Below are positions 9,492 through 18,936 of a stretch of 64,000 nucleotides of DNA, piece by piece. The stretch is from Gammaproteobacteria bacterium (GTDB lineage: Bacteria; Pseudomonadota; Gammaproteobacteria; Pseudomonadales; JAUIET01). The position numbers and the translations under genes are program-made. The notes under the pieces were generated by a model. It was not told the DNA's origin. It saw only the letters and a list, made by a program, of their open reading frames with translations, and did no database searches. Position 1 is the first letter of the stretch. Each line of letters opens with the position of its first letter. The DNA lies in NCBI GenBank assembly GCA_030429735.1, contig JAUIET010000002.1:292414-356413 (forward strand), given 5' to 3'.

Positions 9492-10073
9492 ATGGCCGTG
9501 AGAAAAGATGTTGCTTTTGTCCACGATGTAATTCGTTCAGAAGGAATTGCCCGGCGTTATATGATAGTCAACGGCTTTGACGGTGCGCTGACAGTACTGG
9601 CCTTATGCGTAGGATTCTTGATCAACCGGCAAACTGATCTTGACCTGGTTTTATCAGCGGGAATAAGCGCTTCGGTTGCACTGGCTGTGAGCGGTGTCAA
9701 CAGTGCCTGGTTGAGCGAGTCTGCAGAGCGAAAACGACAGTTAATGGAACTTGAAAGCGCTATGCTCCGTGACCTCAAGGGTTCGCGGCATGAAAGAATC
9801 CGGGTATGGCTTGTTTTAAGTATTGCGCTGAGCAATGGAATCACACCGTTATTACTTGGTCTGTTGATATTGATGCCAATTGGACTGCAGCGCTGGGGGC
9901 TCATCCATTTTGACGAGCCAATGCGAGCGTCCGTATTAATCGGCTTGAGTCTGCTCTTTTTTCTAGGCGCGCTGACCGGAAGAATAAGCGGGGAGCAGTG
10001 GCTGCTGTCGGGTCTCCGCGCTCTGCTTGTTGCCGGCATCACCGCTATTTTGATATTCGCACTGACGTTTTAG
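9492..10073 (+). CDS. VIT1/CCC1-like (TIGR00267-type) membrane protein
   Basis: 193 aa from ATG 9492, 4 nt after the DUF211 stop. Cytosolic N-terminal segment followed by several TM helices. Confidence 0.6.
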   Translation: MAVRKDVAFVHDVIRSEGIARRYMIVNGFDGALTVLALCVGFLINRQTDLDLVLSAGISASVALAVSGVNSAWLSESAERKRQLMELESAMLRDLKGSRHERIRVWLVLSIALSNGITPLLLGLLILMPIGLQRWGLIHFDEPMRASVLIGLSLLFFLGALTGRISGEQWLLSGLRALLVAGITAILIFALTF

Positions 10074-10127
10074 TGGAGATGTAAACCGCCGAATGTATCG
10101 GTTTTCTAAAGCAGCTGGCGAACAGCT

Positions 10128-10547
10128 TCATTCATTGGACTGCAGTGTCTTTAAGTACGCAACGATTGAGTCAATTTGCTCACTGACTTCAGCGAATGGG
10201 TCTATGTCTGACTCAAAACTGCGCCACTCTCTAACCAGGTCCAGGTAAGACCGGGCAAAATTCGGCATTTCGAAAAGCACGTGGTTTGGCGTAGCCTGGG
10301 AACCAAATAACACCGCACGTACTCTGGCTTCAGGAAACGCCCCATCATTATTGACCGTGAGCTTGGATAAATCAGGTGGATGACGGCCGCTGTAATACGC
10401 AATATTGTAAATGCCGCTGCCATCGTAGTGATGACAATTTACACATTGGTCCAGATAAATCGCTTTGCCATCACTTTCCTGAGTCTGAGCAAGCGCTTGC
10501 GGGCGAACAAACAACATGCAGAAGACTAATAGTATTCTGAAGACCAT
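10128..10547 (-). CDS. periplasmic monoheme c-type cytochrome
   Basis: 139 aa with a signal peptide and a single CVNCH heme-binding motif. Confidence 0.8.
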   Translation of the reverse strand: MVFRILLVFCMLFVRPQALAQTQESDGKAIYLDQCVNCHHYDGSGIYNIAYYSGRHPPDLSKLTVNNDGAFPEARVRAVLFGSQATPNHVLFEMPNFARSYLDLVREWRSFESDIDPFAEVSEQIDSIVAYLKTLQSNE

Positions 10548-10604
10548 AGTAAATGGCTCTAAAAGGTCACAGCATCACTTATACAGGGCACAATTTCCGC
10601 TACT

Positions 10605-10618
10605 TTGATTCTAATCAA
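10605..10618. promoter_or_regulatory. FNR/Anr-type box, perfect (TTGATtctaATCAA)
   Basis: Its centre is 64.5 nt upstream of the cytochrome c start (10547) and 107.5 nt upstream of the hypD ATG (10719). Confidence 0.7.
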
Positions 10619-10718
10619 CTAGGAATTACTTAGTCTCCTTAAACTGTTGCCAGGTAACAATGGGAATGCAGGCATACCAGCGGTGTGGCAACGCTTCGCT
10701 GATGCATGCGAATTAGCT

Positions 10719-11843
10719 ATGCGTTATGCAACTGAATACCGCGATGCAGCAAGCGTGAATTCATTTGTTGAGGCCATCGATAAGATATGTACTCAGCATT
10801 GGGTTTTGATGGAAGTGTGTGGTGGTCAGACTAACGCTATAATAAAGTATGGCCTGGATGAGTTGTTGCCTGAGAAAATTGAGCTGATCCACGGTCCCGG
10901 CTGCCCGGTATGTGTGACGCCTGTAAAGATCATTGATTATGCCATTGCTCTTGCCCAACAGCCGCACAGTATTCTATGCACCTACGCTGACATGCTGCAG
11001 GTACCGGGAACCAACAGTAGCCTGGCCGAAGCGCGTAGCGAAGGCGCGCAATTGCACGTCATGTATTCGCCGCTGGATGCTATCGCAGTAGCGCAGCAAA
11101 ATCCCGATTCGCATATTGTCGTATTGGCCGTTGGCTTTGAGTCTACAGCCCCGGCGCATGCTCTTTTTTTGCAGCAGGCTCGGCAACGCAAGCTGAAAAA
11201 CCTGTCAGTGTTACTGTCTCATTTCAGGGTGCCGCCAGCGCTCAGAGAAATTCTCGCCAATCCGGAGAACAGAGTGCAGGCTTTCCTCGCGGCTGGGCAT
11301 GTATGCTCAGTGATGGGTTACCGGGAGTACGAGCCAATTGCACAACAATACCAAGTGCCGATTGTGGTGACTGGTTTCGAGCCGATCGATATCCTGCAGG
11401 GGATCTATCACTGCGTTAAGCAGCTGGAAGGTGGCCAAGCAAAAGTTGAAAATCAATATGCGCGCGCAGTGACGCGTAAGGGCAACTCGACCGCGCAAGC
11501 GGCTATTGCCGACGTTTTCGAATACAGTGACCGGCAATGGCGAGGTATTGGAGGTATCGCCGACAGCGGATTCAAGCTGAGAAATGGCTATAAGATGTTC
11601 GAACCGGAATTTCATTTCCCAGGGCTGTTGGCCGCCAGTCAGGAAACGCATGGCGGATCTTTGCTATGTACAAGTACGTCCTGCTTGAGTGGCGAAATAA
11701 TGACAGGATTGAAGAAGCCCCCTGAATGCACCAATTTCGGTGAGGCGTGTACTCCAGAGAAGCCGTTGGGCGCTCCAATGGTTACTTCAGAAGGTGCTTG
11801 CCATACGTACTTTCGCTACCGACAAACAGAGAGCAATGCATGA
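10719..11843 (+). CDS. hypD: hydrogenase formation protein HypD
   Basis: ATG 10719 gives MRYATEYRD, a canonical HypD N-terminus. MEVCGGQT and GPGCPVCVTP motifs are present. Confidence 0.9.
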   Translation: MRYATEYRDAASVNSFVEAIDKICTQHWVLMEVCGGQTNAIIKYGLDELLPEKIELIHGPGCPVCVTPVKIIDYAIALAQQPHSILCTYADMLQVPGTNSSLAEARSEGAQLHVMYSPLDAIAVAQQNPDSHIVVLAVGFESTAPAHALFLQQARQRKLKNLSVLLSHFRVPPALREILANPENRVQAFLAAGHVCSVMGYREYEPIAQQYQVPIVVTGFEPIDILQGIYHCVKQLEGGQAKVENQYARAVTRKGNSTAQAAIADVFEYSDRQWRGIGGIADSGFKLRNGYKMFEPEFHFPGLLAASQETHGGSLLCTSTSCLSGEIMTGLKKPPECTNFGEACTPEKPLGAPMVTSEGACHTYFRYRQTESNA

Positions 11844-12922
11844 ATTTGGGTCAGTATACTGGGCCGCTGTGTCCATTACCCGCAGATCACGCAACGGATG
11901 ATCAGGCAAGAGTGCAACTTGCACACGGTTCTGGTGGACAGCTAAGTACCGTATTGCTGGATAAAATCATCCGCCCAGCGTTTGATAATCCGGTATTGGC
12001 CGAACAGCAAGATGGAGCACTTCTGAATGCGGTAAACTCACCGCTGGCATTTACAACAGACAGTTTCGTGGTTTCACCATTGTTTTTCCCGGGCGGGGAT
12101 ATCGGTAAGCTGGCAGTCATCGGAACTGTGAATGACCTCGCCATGTGCGCAGCTGAACCCTGGGTGTTGAGCTGCAGCTTGATCATAGAAGAAGGTTTGC
12201 CAATACCGCAGTTGCAGAAGATTGTCCAATCCATGGCAGTTGCTGCCCGACAACTTGGTGTCACTATCGTCACCGGTGATACCAAAGTGGTCGAAAAGGG
12301 CAGTGGTGATGGTTTGTTTATCAATACAAGTGGTATTGGAAAACTAACGCACGGCACGCATTGCAAGCCATCACACATTGGTAAAAACGACGTGCTTATT
12401 GTCAATGGTGATATCGGTCGTCACGGTGTGGCGGTGTTGTCGCAACGCCAGGGCCTTGAGTTTGAGAAACCAATTTGCAGCGATTGTCAGGGTCTGGCCG
12501 ACATTGTTCAGAGTTTGCTAGCCAATGACATAAGGCCGAACTGTATGAGAGACCTCACACGAGGGGGATTGGCGGGTAATTTATACGAACTTAGTCTCGC
12601 CAGCGGCTGGGCAATGGAGGTAGATGAGGCGCTGATTCCGGTCGCAGACGACGTTGCCGGCGCGTGTGAGCTGTTTGGAATAGATCCTATCCATGTTGCT
12701 TGCGAGGGCCGGTTTGTAGTGATTGTTGATGCCAGACAAGCGGATGAAACCTTGCGTATCATGAGTGAGCACCCCAGTTGCCCTATGCCCCAGCAGATTG
12801 GCCATGTTAGCGAGCCACTTGGCAACAGAGATGACACAGTTCCATTGGTTCTTCGCAGCAAGATTGGAACCAGGCGTCGTCTGGATCCAATACGGGGGGA
12901 GCCGTTACCTAGAATATGCTAA
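11840..12922 (+). CDS. hypE: hydrogenase expression/formation protein HypE
   Basis: 360 aa with ATGA overlap with hypD. PurM/AIR-synthase-like fold and C-terminal PLPRIC (PRIC motif). Confidence 0.9.
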   Translation: MNLGQYTGPLCPLPADHATDDQARVQLAHGSGGQLSTVLLDKIIRPAFDNPVLAEQQDGALLNAVNSPLAFTTDSFVVSPLFFPGGDIGKLAVIGTVNDLAMCAAEPWVLSCSLIIEEGLPIPQLQKIVQSMAVAARQLGVTIVTGDTKVVEKGSGDGLFINTSGIGKLTHGTHCKPSHIGKNDVLIVNGDIGRHGVAVLSQRQGLEFEKPICSDCQGLADIVQSLLANDIRPNCMRDLTRGGLAGNLYELSLASGWAMEVDEALIPVADDVAGACELFGIDPIHVACEGRFVVIVDARQADETLRIMSEHPSCPMPQQIGHVSEPLGNRDDTVPLVLRSKIGTRRRLDPIRGEPLPRIC

Positions 12923-14385
12923 TGTTTGCCAGCCAGTAGTGTGTGTTCACGAGCATCGTAGTCTTCAAGAATATCGTCCAGAACGCCACTGATTCGCGTG
13001 CAATTCTCTATCATTGGAATCTTTGGCCAGGTAGCCCTTTCGCCCGCCAGTACCAGTGTATTTGCTTCGTCTTGTGAAAGCTCAGACAGAAACTTCAATG
13101 GTTGAACGTGCCATAGATCGAGCACAATATTGATGTCACCTAGATACTTTTGATCAATCAGGCTGTGTAAGGTGTTCAAGCCTAAATTCGTTCTCTTCCA
13201 ATTGGGAATGTAGCGGCGCGAGAAACCACGATACGCGTGTAGAGATTCCTTCACCGCATAGTGGCCAATCTGACCCGCAAGCGTGAGCAGGTTCTTTTCC
13301 TCATCCTTTTCGCGTTTTGCAAAAGGTAAGGCCAGAGGGTTGACCATGCTGACAATGAAGTGATTAACACCATACATTCGCGACAGGCGCTTAGCGGGTA
13401 GATCGTCACTCATTGACCCATCCACCCAGCGTCGATTAGACAGATAAGGTTTGGTCCGCCCGTCTTCATCCTTTGCTCTTAGCGCAACGGAAGGGAAAAC
13501 ACCTGGAATTGCTGTCGATGCCATGACTGCTGAGCGGATACATACGTTAGGGGAAGCGACCGCGTTTAGTAGTCGTGATGTCTGATGAACGTCGGCCGGT
13601 GCGACGGAAATATTGATTTTTCGACCAGTCAGCTCGAAAGCCTGCTGAAAAGTGAGATCCGGTACCAGACGTGCTATGTTTTTCTTTAAATCAGCTGTAC
13701 TTATTTTTGACTGAGGTTGCATCAGCAACCGCTCCAGTAAGTTGGCTTCACGGCTGGCCTGAACAATGAGCTCGGACGATTGAAACAGCTCGGCCAATTC
13801 CTGGTCGGAATGTGTTCCGGCGACGGCGGCCACCAGTGCACCTGCGCTTGAACCAGAAATCACGGCAGGGATTAGATTGTGTTCCAGTAATACTTTTAGA
13901 ACACCCACATGAAAGGTTGCCAGGGTTGCACCACCGCTCAGCATCAAAGCGGAACGCCCAAAGCAGTGGCTGGCGCGACGAAAGAAATCCAGTTTATCCG
14001 AAAAACTGATGTCCGTATCGTTGACGTTCGCCAGGTGCACTAGAGCATCGCTGACTTCTTCTACATAATCCGTAATCAGTATTTTAGTACCAGTGTAAGC
14101 GCGCATGTACAGGGCAGGCCGGCCAATACCGCCCATATTGCCATGTATGCCTTCGTTTAAAGCAAACAGCAAGCCTCGATTGTCTTTTTTCTTGCGTAGA
14201 CGTCTCAGCCGCTCAAGTCTACGTCGGATGGACCGGTAATCGTAGAACCGCGACTCTTCTTTTTGCCGCCAGGCCTTTGCCTTGCTTGGCTCGTCCAGAG
14301 TGTCGGCTATTTCATACCACTCAGCATAACTTTCCGCATCTGCCAGCTGCTTTTCCAATTCACGTCTGGAAAGATAATTCTTCAT
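12919..14385 (-). CDS. patatin-like phospholipase/lipase with DUF3336-type N-terminus (paralogue 1)
   Basis: 488 aa with LSGGATLATFHVG oxyanion region and GSSAG (GxSxG) nucleophile. Clearly paralogous to 53214..54629. Confidence 0.85.
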   Translation of the reverse strand: MKNYLSRRELEKQLADAESYAEWYEIADTLDEPSKAKAWRQKEESRFYDYRSIRRRLERLRRLRKKKDNRGLLFALNEGIHGNMGGIGRPALYMRAYTGTKILITDYVEEVSDALVHLANVNDTDISFSDKLDFFRRASHCFGRSALMLSGGATLATFHVGVLKVLLEHNLIPAVISGSSAGALVAAVAGTHSDQELAELFQSSELIVQASREANLLERLLMQPQSKISTADLKKNIARLVPDLTFQQAFELTGRKINISVAPADVHQTSRLLNAVASPNVCIRSAVMASTAIPGVFPSVALRAKDEDGRTKPYLSNRRWVDGSMSDDLPAKRLSRMYGVNHFIVSMVNPLALPFAKREKDEEKNLLTLAGQIGHYAVKESLHAYRGFSRRYIPNWKRTNLGLNTLHSLIDQKYLGDINIVLDLWHVQPLKFLSELSQDEANTLVLAGERATWPKIPMIENCTRISGVLDDILEDYDAREHTLLAGKH

Positions 14386-14576
14386 TGATTATGCCCTTGT
14401 ATATTCGACGACTGGGCAGGGAAAACGGTGCGCGAAGCCTGTACTCTCTTACCTGCAGAAGGCATCCAACTGAGTAAGCAGGTCTCCGGCAGCCAACCTG
14501 GATGGAACGCGCATGACGATCTTATGGCAGCAAGACCGCTGCATGAGCGACTGTAACTAACCGGCATCAGCGGTTA

Positions 14577-14590
14577 TTGATTGCAATCAA
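14577..14590. promoter_or_regulatory. FNR/Anr-type box, perfect (TTGATtgcaATCAA)
   Basis: Lies between the GT4 stop (14628) and the patatin start (14385). Its centre is 198 nt upstream of the patatin start. Confidence 0.55.
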
Positions 14591-14627
14591 GAGTCACTTA
14601 TCTAGCTGATGTTTGCGGGAACGAACT

Positions 14628-15917
14628 CTACGATAGCGTCGTATTTCCACGTGAGCATGCATGAACTGTACTTTCCGCGAAGCTCTCAATGATCTCCAAC
14701 TCCGCCTTGATAAGACTGAGCAAGTGTTCCCATGCTTTCAATTTCTGATCGCAATGCATGGCTTGGCGCTTGATGAGCTTCTGGTAGTGGCCAAGCGCCA
14801 AGCCGGCACAGCGTTGCACGGAGAGCGCCTTGGCCGTGGTCACGGATGCGTCTGAGATACCGGTGTATTGCTGGGGGTTTTGCTGGCTTACCCAGCGCAG
14901 TGCATTAGCAAATGCCTGTGAATCTTCGCGACTAAGCAAGCGACCGTTGCGCTGGTCGACGACCACTTCTCGAACCCCCGGACCATCCAGTGCGACAACA
15001 GGTAAACCCGCCGCCATTGCTTCGGTTAGCACCAAACCCTGAGTTTCGCTGGTGGATGCAAAGGCAAACACATTCATCGCGCAATAAGCATCGGCTAATG
15101 CCGAATGGGGTAGCGCGCCTGGAGTAATCAGTCGATCGTCCAAACCTACTTCAGAAAACACTCTCCGTATTGTTTTTTCCTCAGGGCCTGTTCCAACTAC
15201 CAGAAATCCTGCCTTAAGAGATTCTGGACTACGAGCGATAAACTCAGCTACCGATCCTGCCAGAAAGTGCAGGTTTTTTTCAGGTGCGAGTCGACCAACG
15301 TGACCAACCAGAAATACGTCTTCGGAAATACCATACCGTTCCCTAAAGCCAAGGCCATTCCCTTGCTGGAACTGCTCAACGTCCACACCGGTGGGTACTA
15401 CATGAATAGTGCTCTGGACGCCCCGTTCTTTCATAAGCTGACGTATGCTGTTACTCGGTGCGAATACCGCGCTCGCCATATTTGCATATTGCGTGGCTAA
15501 CTCGATGACAAAACGTTGCAGTAAGCGTGAATCTCCAGGCAGATAATGTGTGTATTTCTCGTATAGGGTGTGATGAGTGAATACCAAAGGAAGATTGCGA
15601 TAGCGCGCAACCCGCAAAGCCGTCATGCCAAGCAAGTAGGGGTGGTGGGCATGGACAATGTCTGGTTTGAATTCATTGAGTGCATGGCTAAGCAAGCCAG
15701 ACACTGGCAGCACAACCGAAAAATCGCTGTGGTTAAATCGTTGTATTGCGGGTATACGAATCACTCCCTTTTCACGTTGCGGTCCATCGTCAAACTCTGG
15801 TACGACAATCAGTACTTGGTGACCTTGCGTTTGATACTGTCTGGCAAATGCCTGCACTGAATGCGAAACACCACCAACATGAGGTATGTAGGTATTGGAG
15901 AACATGACTATGTTCAT
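14628..15917 (-). CDS. GT4-family glycosyltransferase
   Basis: 429 aa with N-terminal FSNTYIPHVGGVS and C-terminal TSETQGLVLTEAMAAGLPVV, typical of GT-B/GT4 enzymes. Confidence 0.85.
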   Translation of the reverse strand: MNIVMFSNTYIPHVGGVSHSVQAFARQYQTQGHQVLIVVPEFDDGPQREKGVIRIPAIQRFNHSDFSVVLPVSGLLSHALNEFKPDIVHAHHPYLLGMTALRVARYRNLPLVFTHHTLYEKYTHYLPGDSRLLQRFVIELATQYANMASAVFAPSNSIRQLMKERGVQSTIHVVPTGVDVEQFQQGNGLGFRERYGISEDVFLVGHVGRLAPEKNLHFLAGSVAEFIARSPESLKAGFLVVGTGPEEKTIRRVFSEVGLDDRLITPGALPHSALADAYCAMNVFAFASTSETQGLVLTEAMAAGLPVVALDGPGVREVVVDQRNGRLLSREDSQAFANALRWVSQQNPQQYTGISDASVTTAKALSVQRCAGLALGHYQKLIKRQAMHCDQKLKAWEHLLSLIKAELEIIESFAESTVHACSRGNTTLS

Positions 15918-16042
15918 CGATGCAATCCTTTATTCATGTCGCCTGCAACGATCGCGATAATGGTGAGTAAATATTGTTAAAAACTGTCTATCGCCACTCA
16001 TTAACTGTTGCAGCCAGTCTATGCAGGCCTCAGTAGAACGAG

Positions 16043-16056
16043 TTGATCTTAATCAA
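16043..16056. promoter_or_regulatory. FNR/Anr-type box, perfect (TTGATcttaATCAA)
   Basis: In the divergent GT4/ATPase intergenic region. Its centre is 132.5 nt from the GT4 start. Confidence 0.65.
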
Positions 16057-16068
16057 ATGCACCTATGT

Positions 16069-16082
16069 TTGATAACCATCAA
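16069..16082. promoter_or_regulatory. FNR/Anr-type box, perfect (TTGATaaccATCAA)
   Basis: Its centre is 67.5 nt upstream of GTG 16143 of the P-type ATPase. It is 26 bp centre-to-centre from the neighbouring box. Confidence 0.7.
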
Positions 16083-16142
16083 ACTAGCTACTGATGAGGT
16101 GCTTCACACTTGTTCAAGGTTTTTGTAGTAGGAAGATACATC

Positions 16143-18812
16143 GTGCCTCGATCAGACTCATCAATCCACGACTGGCATCGATTACCGAGAAAAGACGTTC
16201 TCGCGAAACTGCAGGTTAATCAGCGCAGTGGACTTAGTAATTCTGAGATCGCCAAGCGTAGCCAGCAGTTTGGGGAAAATAGCTTGCCGATCAAAGAGGA
16301 CAGCCATGTACTGTTTTTTTTCCTGCGGCAGTTCCAGGATTTTATGATTGTGGTTTTGTTGCTTGCCGCGTTGGTTGCGGGTCTGGTGGGTGATCCTCAA
16401 GACGCGATCGTTATTCTGGTGATCGTATTGATAAATGCCGTGATCGGTACAGTCCAGCAATATCGCGCTGAAAAGGCGTTAGCGGCGCTTCGCAAAATTT
16501 CGGCACCGGAGGCTATGGTACTGCGTTGCGGACAAAACCGGCGGATACCGGCAAGCGACCTGCTGCCCGGTGATATTGTGCAGCTTGATGACGGCTCTAC
16601 TGTAGCTGCTGATATTCGTTTATTGGAGCTAAGTCAACTGCAGATCGACGAATCCAGTCTGACCGGCGAATCAGTACCTGTTGAAAAACAGGTGAGCGCA
16701 TTGCATGAAGCTGATTTATCCCTGGGTGATCGCAGTAATATGGCCTACAAAGGCACTATTGTTAACCGTGGTCATGGCTTGGGTGTCGTGGTAGCCACTG
16801 GCTCTGATACCGAACTGGGTAAGATAGCCGGCATGTTGGTGCAGAGTGAGCGTGTAAAAACACCTTTGCAGCGGCGCCTCAGCGAGTTCAGTCGACGTTT
16901 GGCGCTCGCTATAATTGTTATATGTGCAGTGATATTCCTTTTCGGATTTCTGCGGGGTGAGCCGGCATTGTTAATGCTGCTAACTGCTGTCAGCCTGGCC
17001 GTTGCAGGTATTCCAGAGGCGATGCCTGCTGTTGTCAGCGTTGCACTCGCACTCGGTGCACGCAAGCTAAGCGGCCTGCGCGCGTTGATGCGTAATTTAC
17101 CGGCAGTGGAAACTCTGGGTTCTATTGACACCATTTGCACAGATAAAACCGGCACGCTCACGCAAAACCATATGCACCTCGCGCGTTGGCTTTCGGCAAC
17201 GAATACCAGTGCGATCAGCTGTGAGCAATTGGCGGACTTGTCGGACGGTCAATATCGAGATCTAAGTGTGCAATGCCTTGCCCTTAGTAATGAAGTCCTG
17301 GAAGCAGATGACGGTAGTCTGCTGGGTGATCCAACTGAAGTAGCTCTGGTGGAAGCGGCCTTGAAAATGGGGGCGAACACGCTATCCCTGCAGAAACAAA
17401 TACCGCGTATAGCTGACCTGCCGTTTACTTCTGAGCGAGGTCGTATGAGTACGCTACATAAAGACCAGTCAGGCGTTCTCCTGTTCTGCAAAGGTGCGCC
17501 AGAAGAATTGCTGGACAGGTGCAGCACATCACTGAATAGCGAAGGCAGACAAGCGATCGATCAGCAGGAATGGTTGGCGCAGGCAGAGAAGCTGGCAAGC
17601 GAGGGATTCAGGGTGCTGGCGCTGGCGTACCGCAGGCTTGGTCAGGTTCCGCCAGGCATGATCGCAGAAGACCTTGAAACTGATCTTGAATTACTTGCGC
17701 TTGTTGGGTTGATTGACCCGCCACGCGATGAGGCTAAAGCCGCGGTGTCAGCATGTCGCCGCGCAGGCATTCGCCCGATTATGATCACCGGTGATCATCC
17801 TGCAACAGCGCAGACAATCGCTTGTGAACTTGGGATTGCTGATGATGACGATCAGGTGCTGAGCGGATCGCAACTGGCTGACTACTCAGATAGTAAGTTG
17901 GCAGATTGTGTTTTGAACACCACTGTTTACGCGAGAGTGAGCGCAGCGCAGAAATATCGTATTGTTGAGGCGTTGCAGGCGCATGGCAAGGTGGTCGCTA
18001 TGACGGGTGACGGTGTTAATGATGCCCCTGCTCTACGGCGCGCGGATATAGGCATCGCCATGGGCATACAGGGAACAGATGTATCTCGCGAAGCTGCGGA
18101 CATGGTGCTGTTGGATGACAATTTCGCGACCATTGTCGCCGCCGTATCAGAGGGTCGTCGGATTTTCGATAATATCCGTAAATTTGTGAAATACACAATG
18201 ACCTCAAACGCAGGAGAAATATGGACTCTTTTTCTGGCGCCTTTTCTCGGCCTGCCCTTGCCGCTCTTACCCATTCATATTTTGTGGATTAATCTGGTAA
18301 CCGATGGCCTGCCGGGACTTAGTCTGACAGTGCAGGCTGCCGAGCCCGGGCTTGATAGCAGACCACCGCGACCTATGAGTGAGTCGATGTTTGCCAATGC
18401 GATGTGGCAGCATATTTTGTTCATGGGTTTATTCATTGCCGCACTTGCTTTATTTACCCAATGGCTTGCAATCGGGCAGTCATGGCATTGGCAGACCATG
18501 GTGTTCAGCGTACTGACTTTCTCTCAGCTAGCGCACGTATTGGTAATACAGCATGATCGTGTATCGCTCTTCAATGCTCAGGCACGCGCTAACCAGCAGT
18601 TGTTTTTGGTAGTATTGGTAACGATTGCTTTGCAGCTGATCATTATATATTTGCCCTTATGCAACGTATGGTTTCACACTCAGCCATTGAGTGCAGTTGA
18701 ACTGAGCTACTGTCTGCTGCTTCCCGCCTTAGTGGTATTGGCGGTAGAATTGGAGAAGTACTTGTTACGCACACTGTCACGATCACCATCAGTGGCTGAA
18801 CAAACGGCGTAA
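16143..18812 (+). CDS. cation-transporting P-type ATPase, type II (SERCA/CtpF-like)
   Basis: TGES, DKTGTLT, MITGDH and GDGVNDAPAL motifs with about 10 TM helices. GTG 16143 (AGGAAG 7 nt upstream) is preferred to TTG 16110, but the start is uncertain. Confidence 0.9.
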   Translation: MPRSDSSIHDWHRLPRKDVLAKLQVNQRSGLSNSEIAKRSQQFGENSLPIKEDSHVLFFFLRQFQDFMIVVLLLAALVAGLVGDPQDAIVILVIVLINAVIGTVQQYRAEKALAALRKISAPEAMVLRCGQNRRIPASDLLPGDIVQLDDGSTVAADIRLLELSQLQIDESSLTGESVPVEKQVSALHEADLSLGDRSNMAYKGTIVNRGHGLGVVVATGSDTELGKIAGMLVQSERVKTPLQRRLSEFSRRLALAIIVICAVIFLFGFLRGEPALLMLLTAVSLAVAGIPEAMPAVVSVALALGARKLSGLRALMRNLPAVETLGSIDTICTDKTGTLTQNHMHLARWLSATNTSAISCEQLADLSDGQYRDLSVQCLALSNEVLEADDGSLLGDPTEVALVEAALKMGANTLSLQKQIPRIADLPFTSERGRMSTLHKDQSGVLLFCKGAPEELLDRCSTSLNSEGRQAIDQQEWLAQAEKLASEGFRVLALAYRRLGQVPPGMIAEDLETDLELLALVGLIDPPRDEAKAAVSACRRAGIRPIMITGDHPATAQTIACELGIADDDDQVLSGSQLADYSDSKLADCVLNTTVYARVSAAQKYRIVEALQAHGKVVAMTGDGVNDAPALRRADIGIAMGIQGTDVSREAADMVLLDDNFATIVAAVSEGRRIFDNIRKFVKYTMTSNAGEIWTLFLAPFLGLPLPLLPIHILWINLVTDGLPGLSLTVQAAEPGLDSRPPRPMSESMFANAMWQHILFMGLFIAALALFTQWLAIGQSWHWQTMVFSVLTFSQLAHVLVIQHDRVSLFNAQARANQQLFLVVLVTIALQLIIIYLPLCNVWFHTQPLSAVELSYCLLLPALVVLAVELEKYLLRTLSRSPSVAEQTA

Positions 18813-18936
18813 TTCTGACGACATGTGAGATTATGTCACCGATGATAAAAAACACTCTCTGCTTTCAAACCAGAGTAGAGTATCAGCCGACGCGGTTGCT
18901 CGCGGTTATTTTTCCAATCGAGGTGCTTTGTCTGTT

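Noticed and set aside
12919-14385. Patatin genes as CBASS or other anti-phage effectors
   Set aside because: No cyclase (CD-NTase) or other partner genes are adjacent. The DUF3336 N-terminal extension and the roughly 480-aa size fit TGL4-like metabolic lipases.
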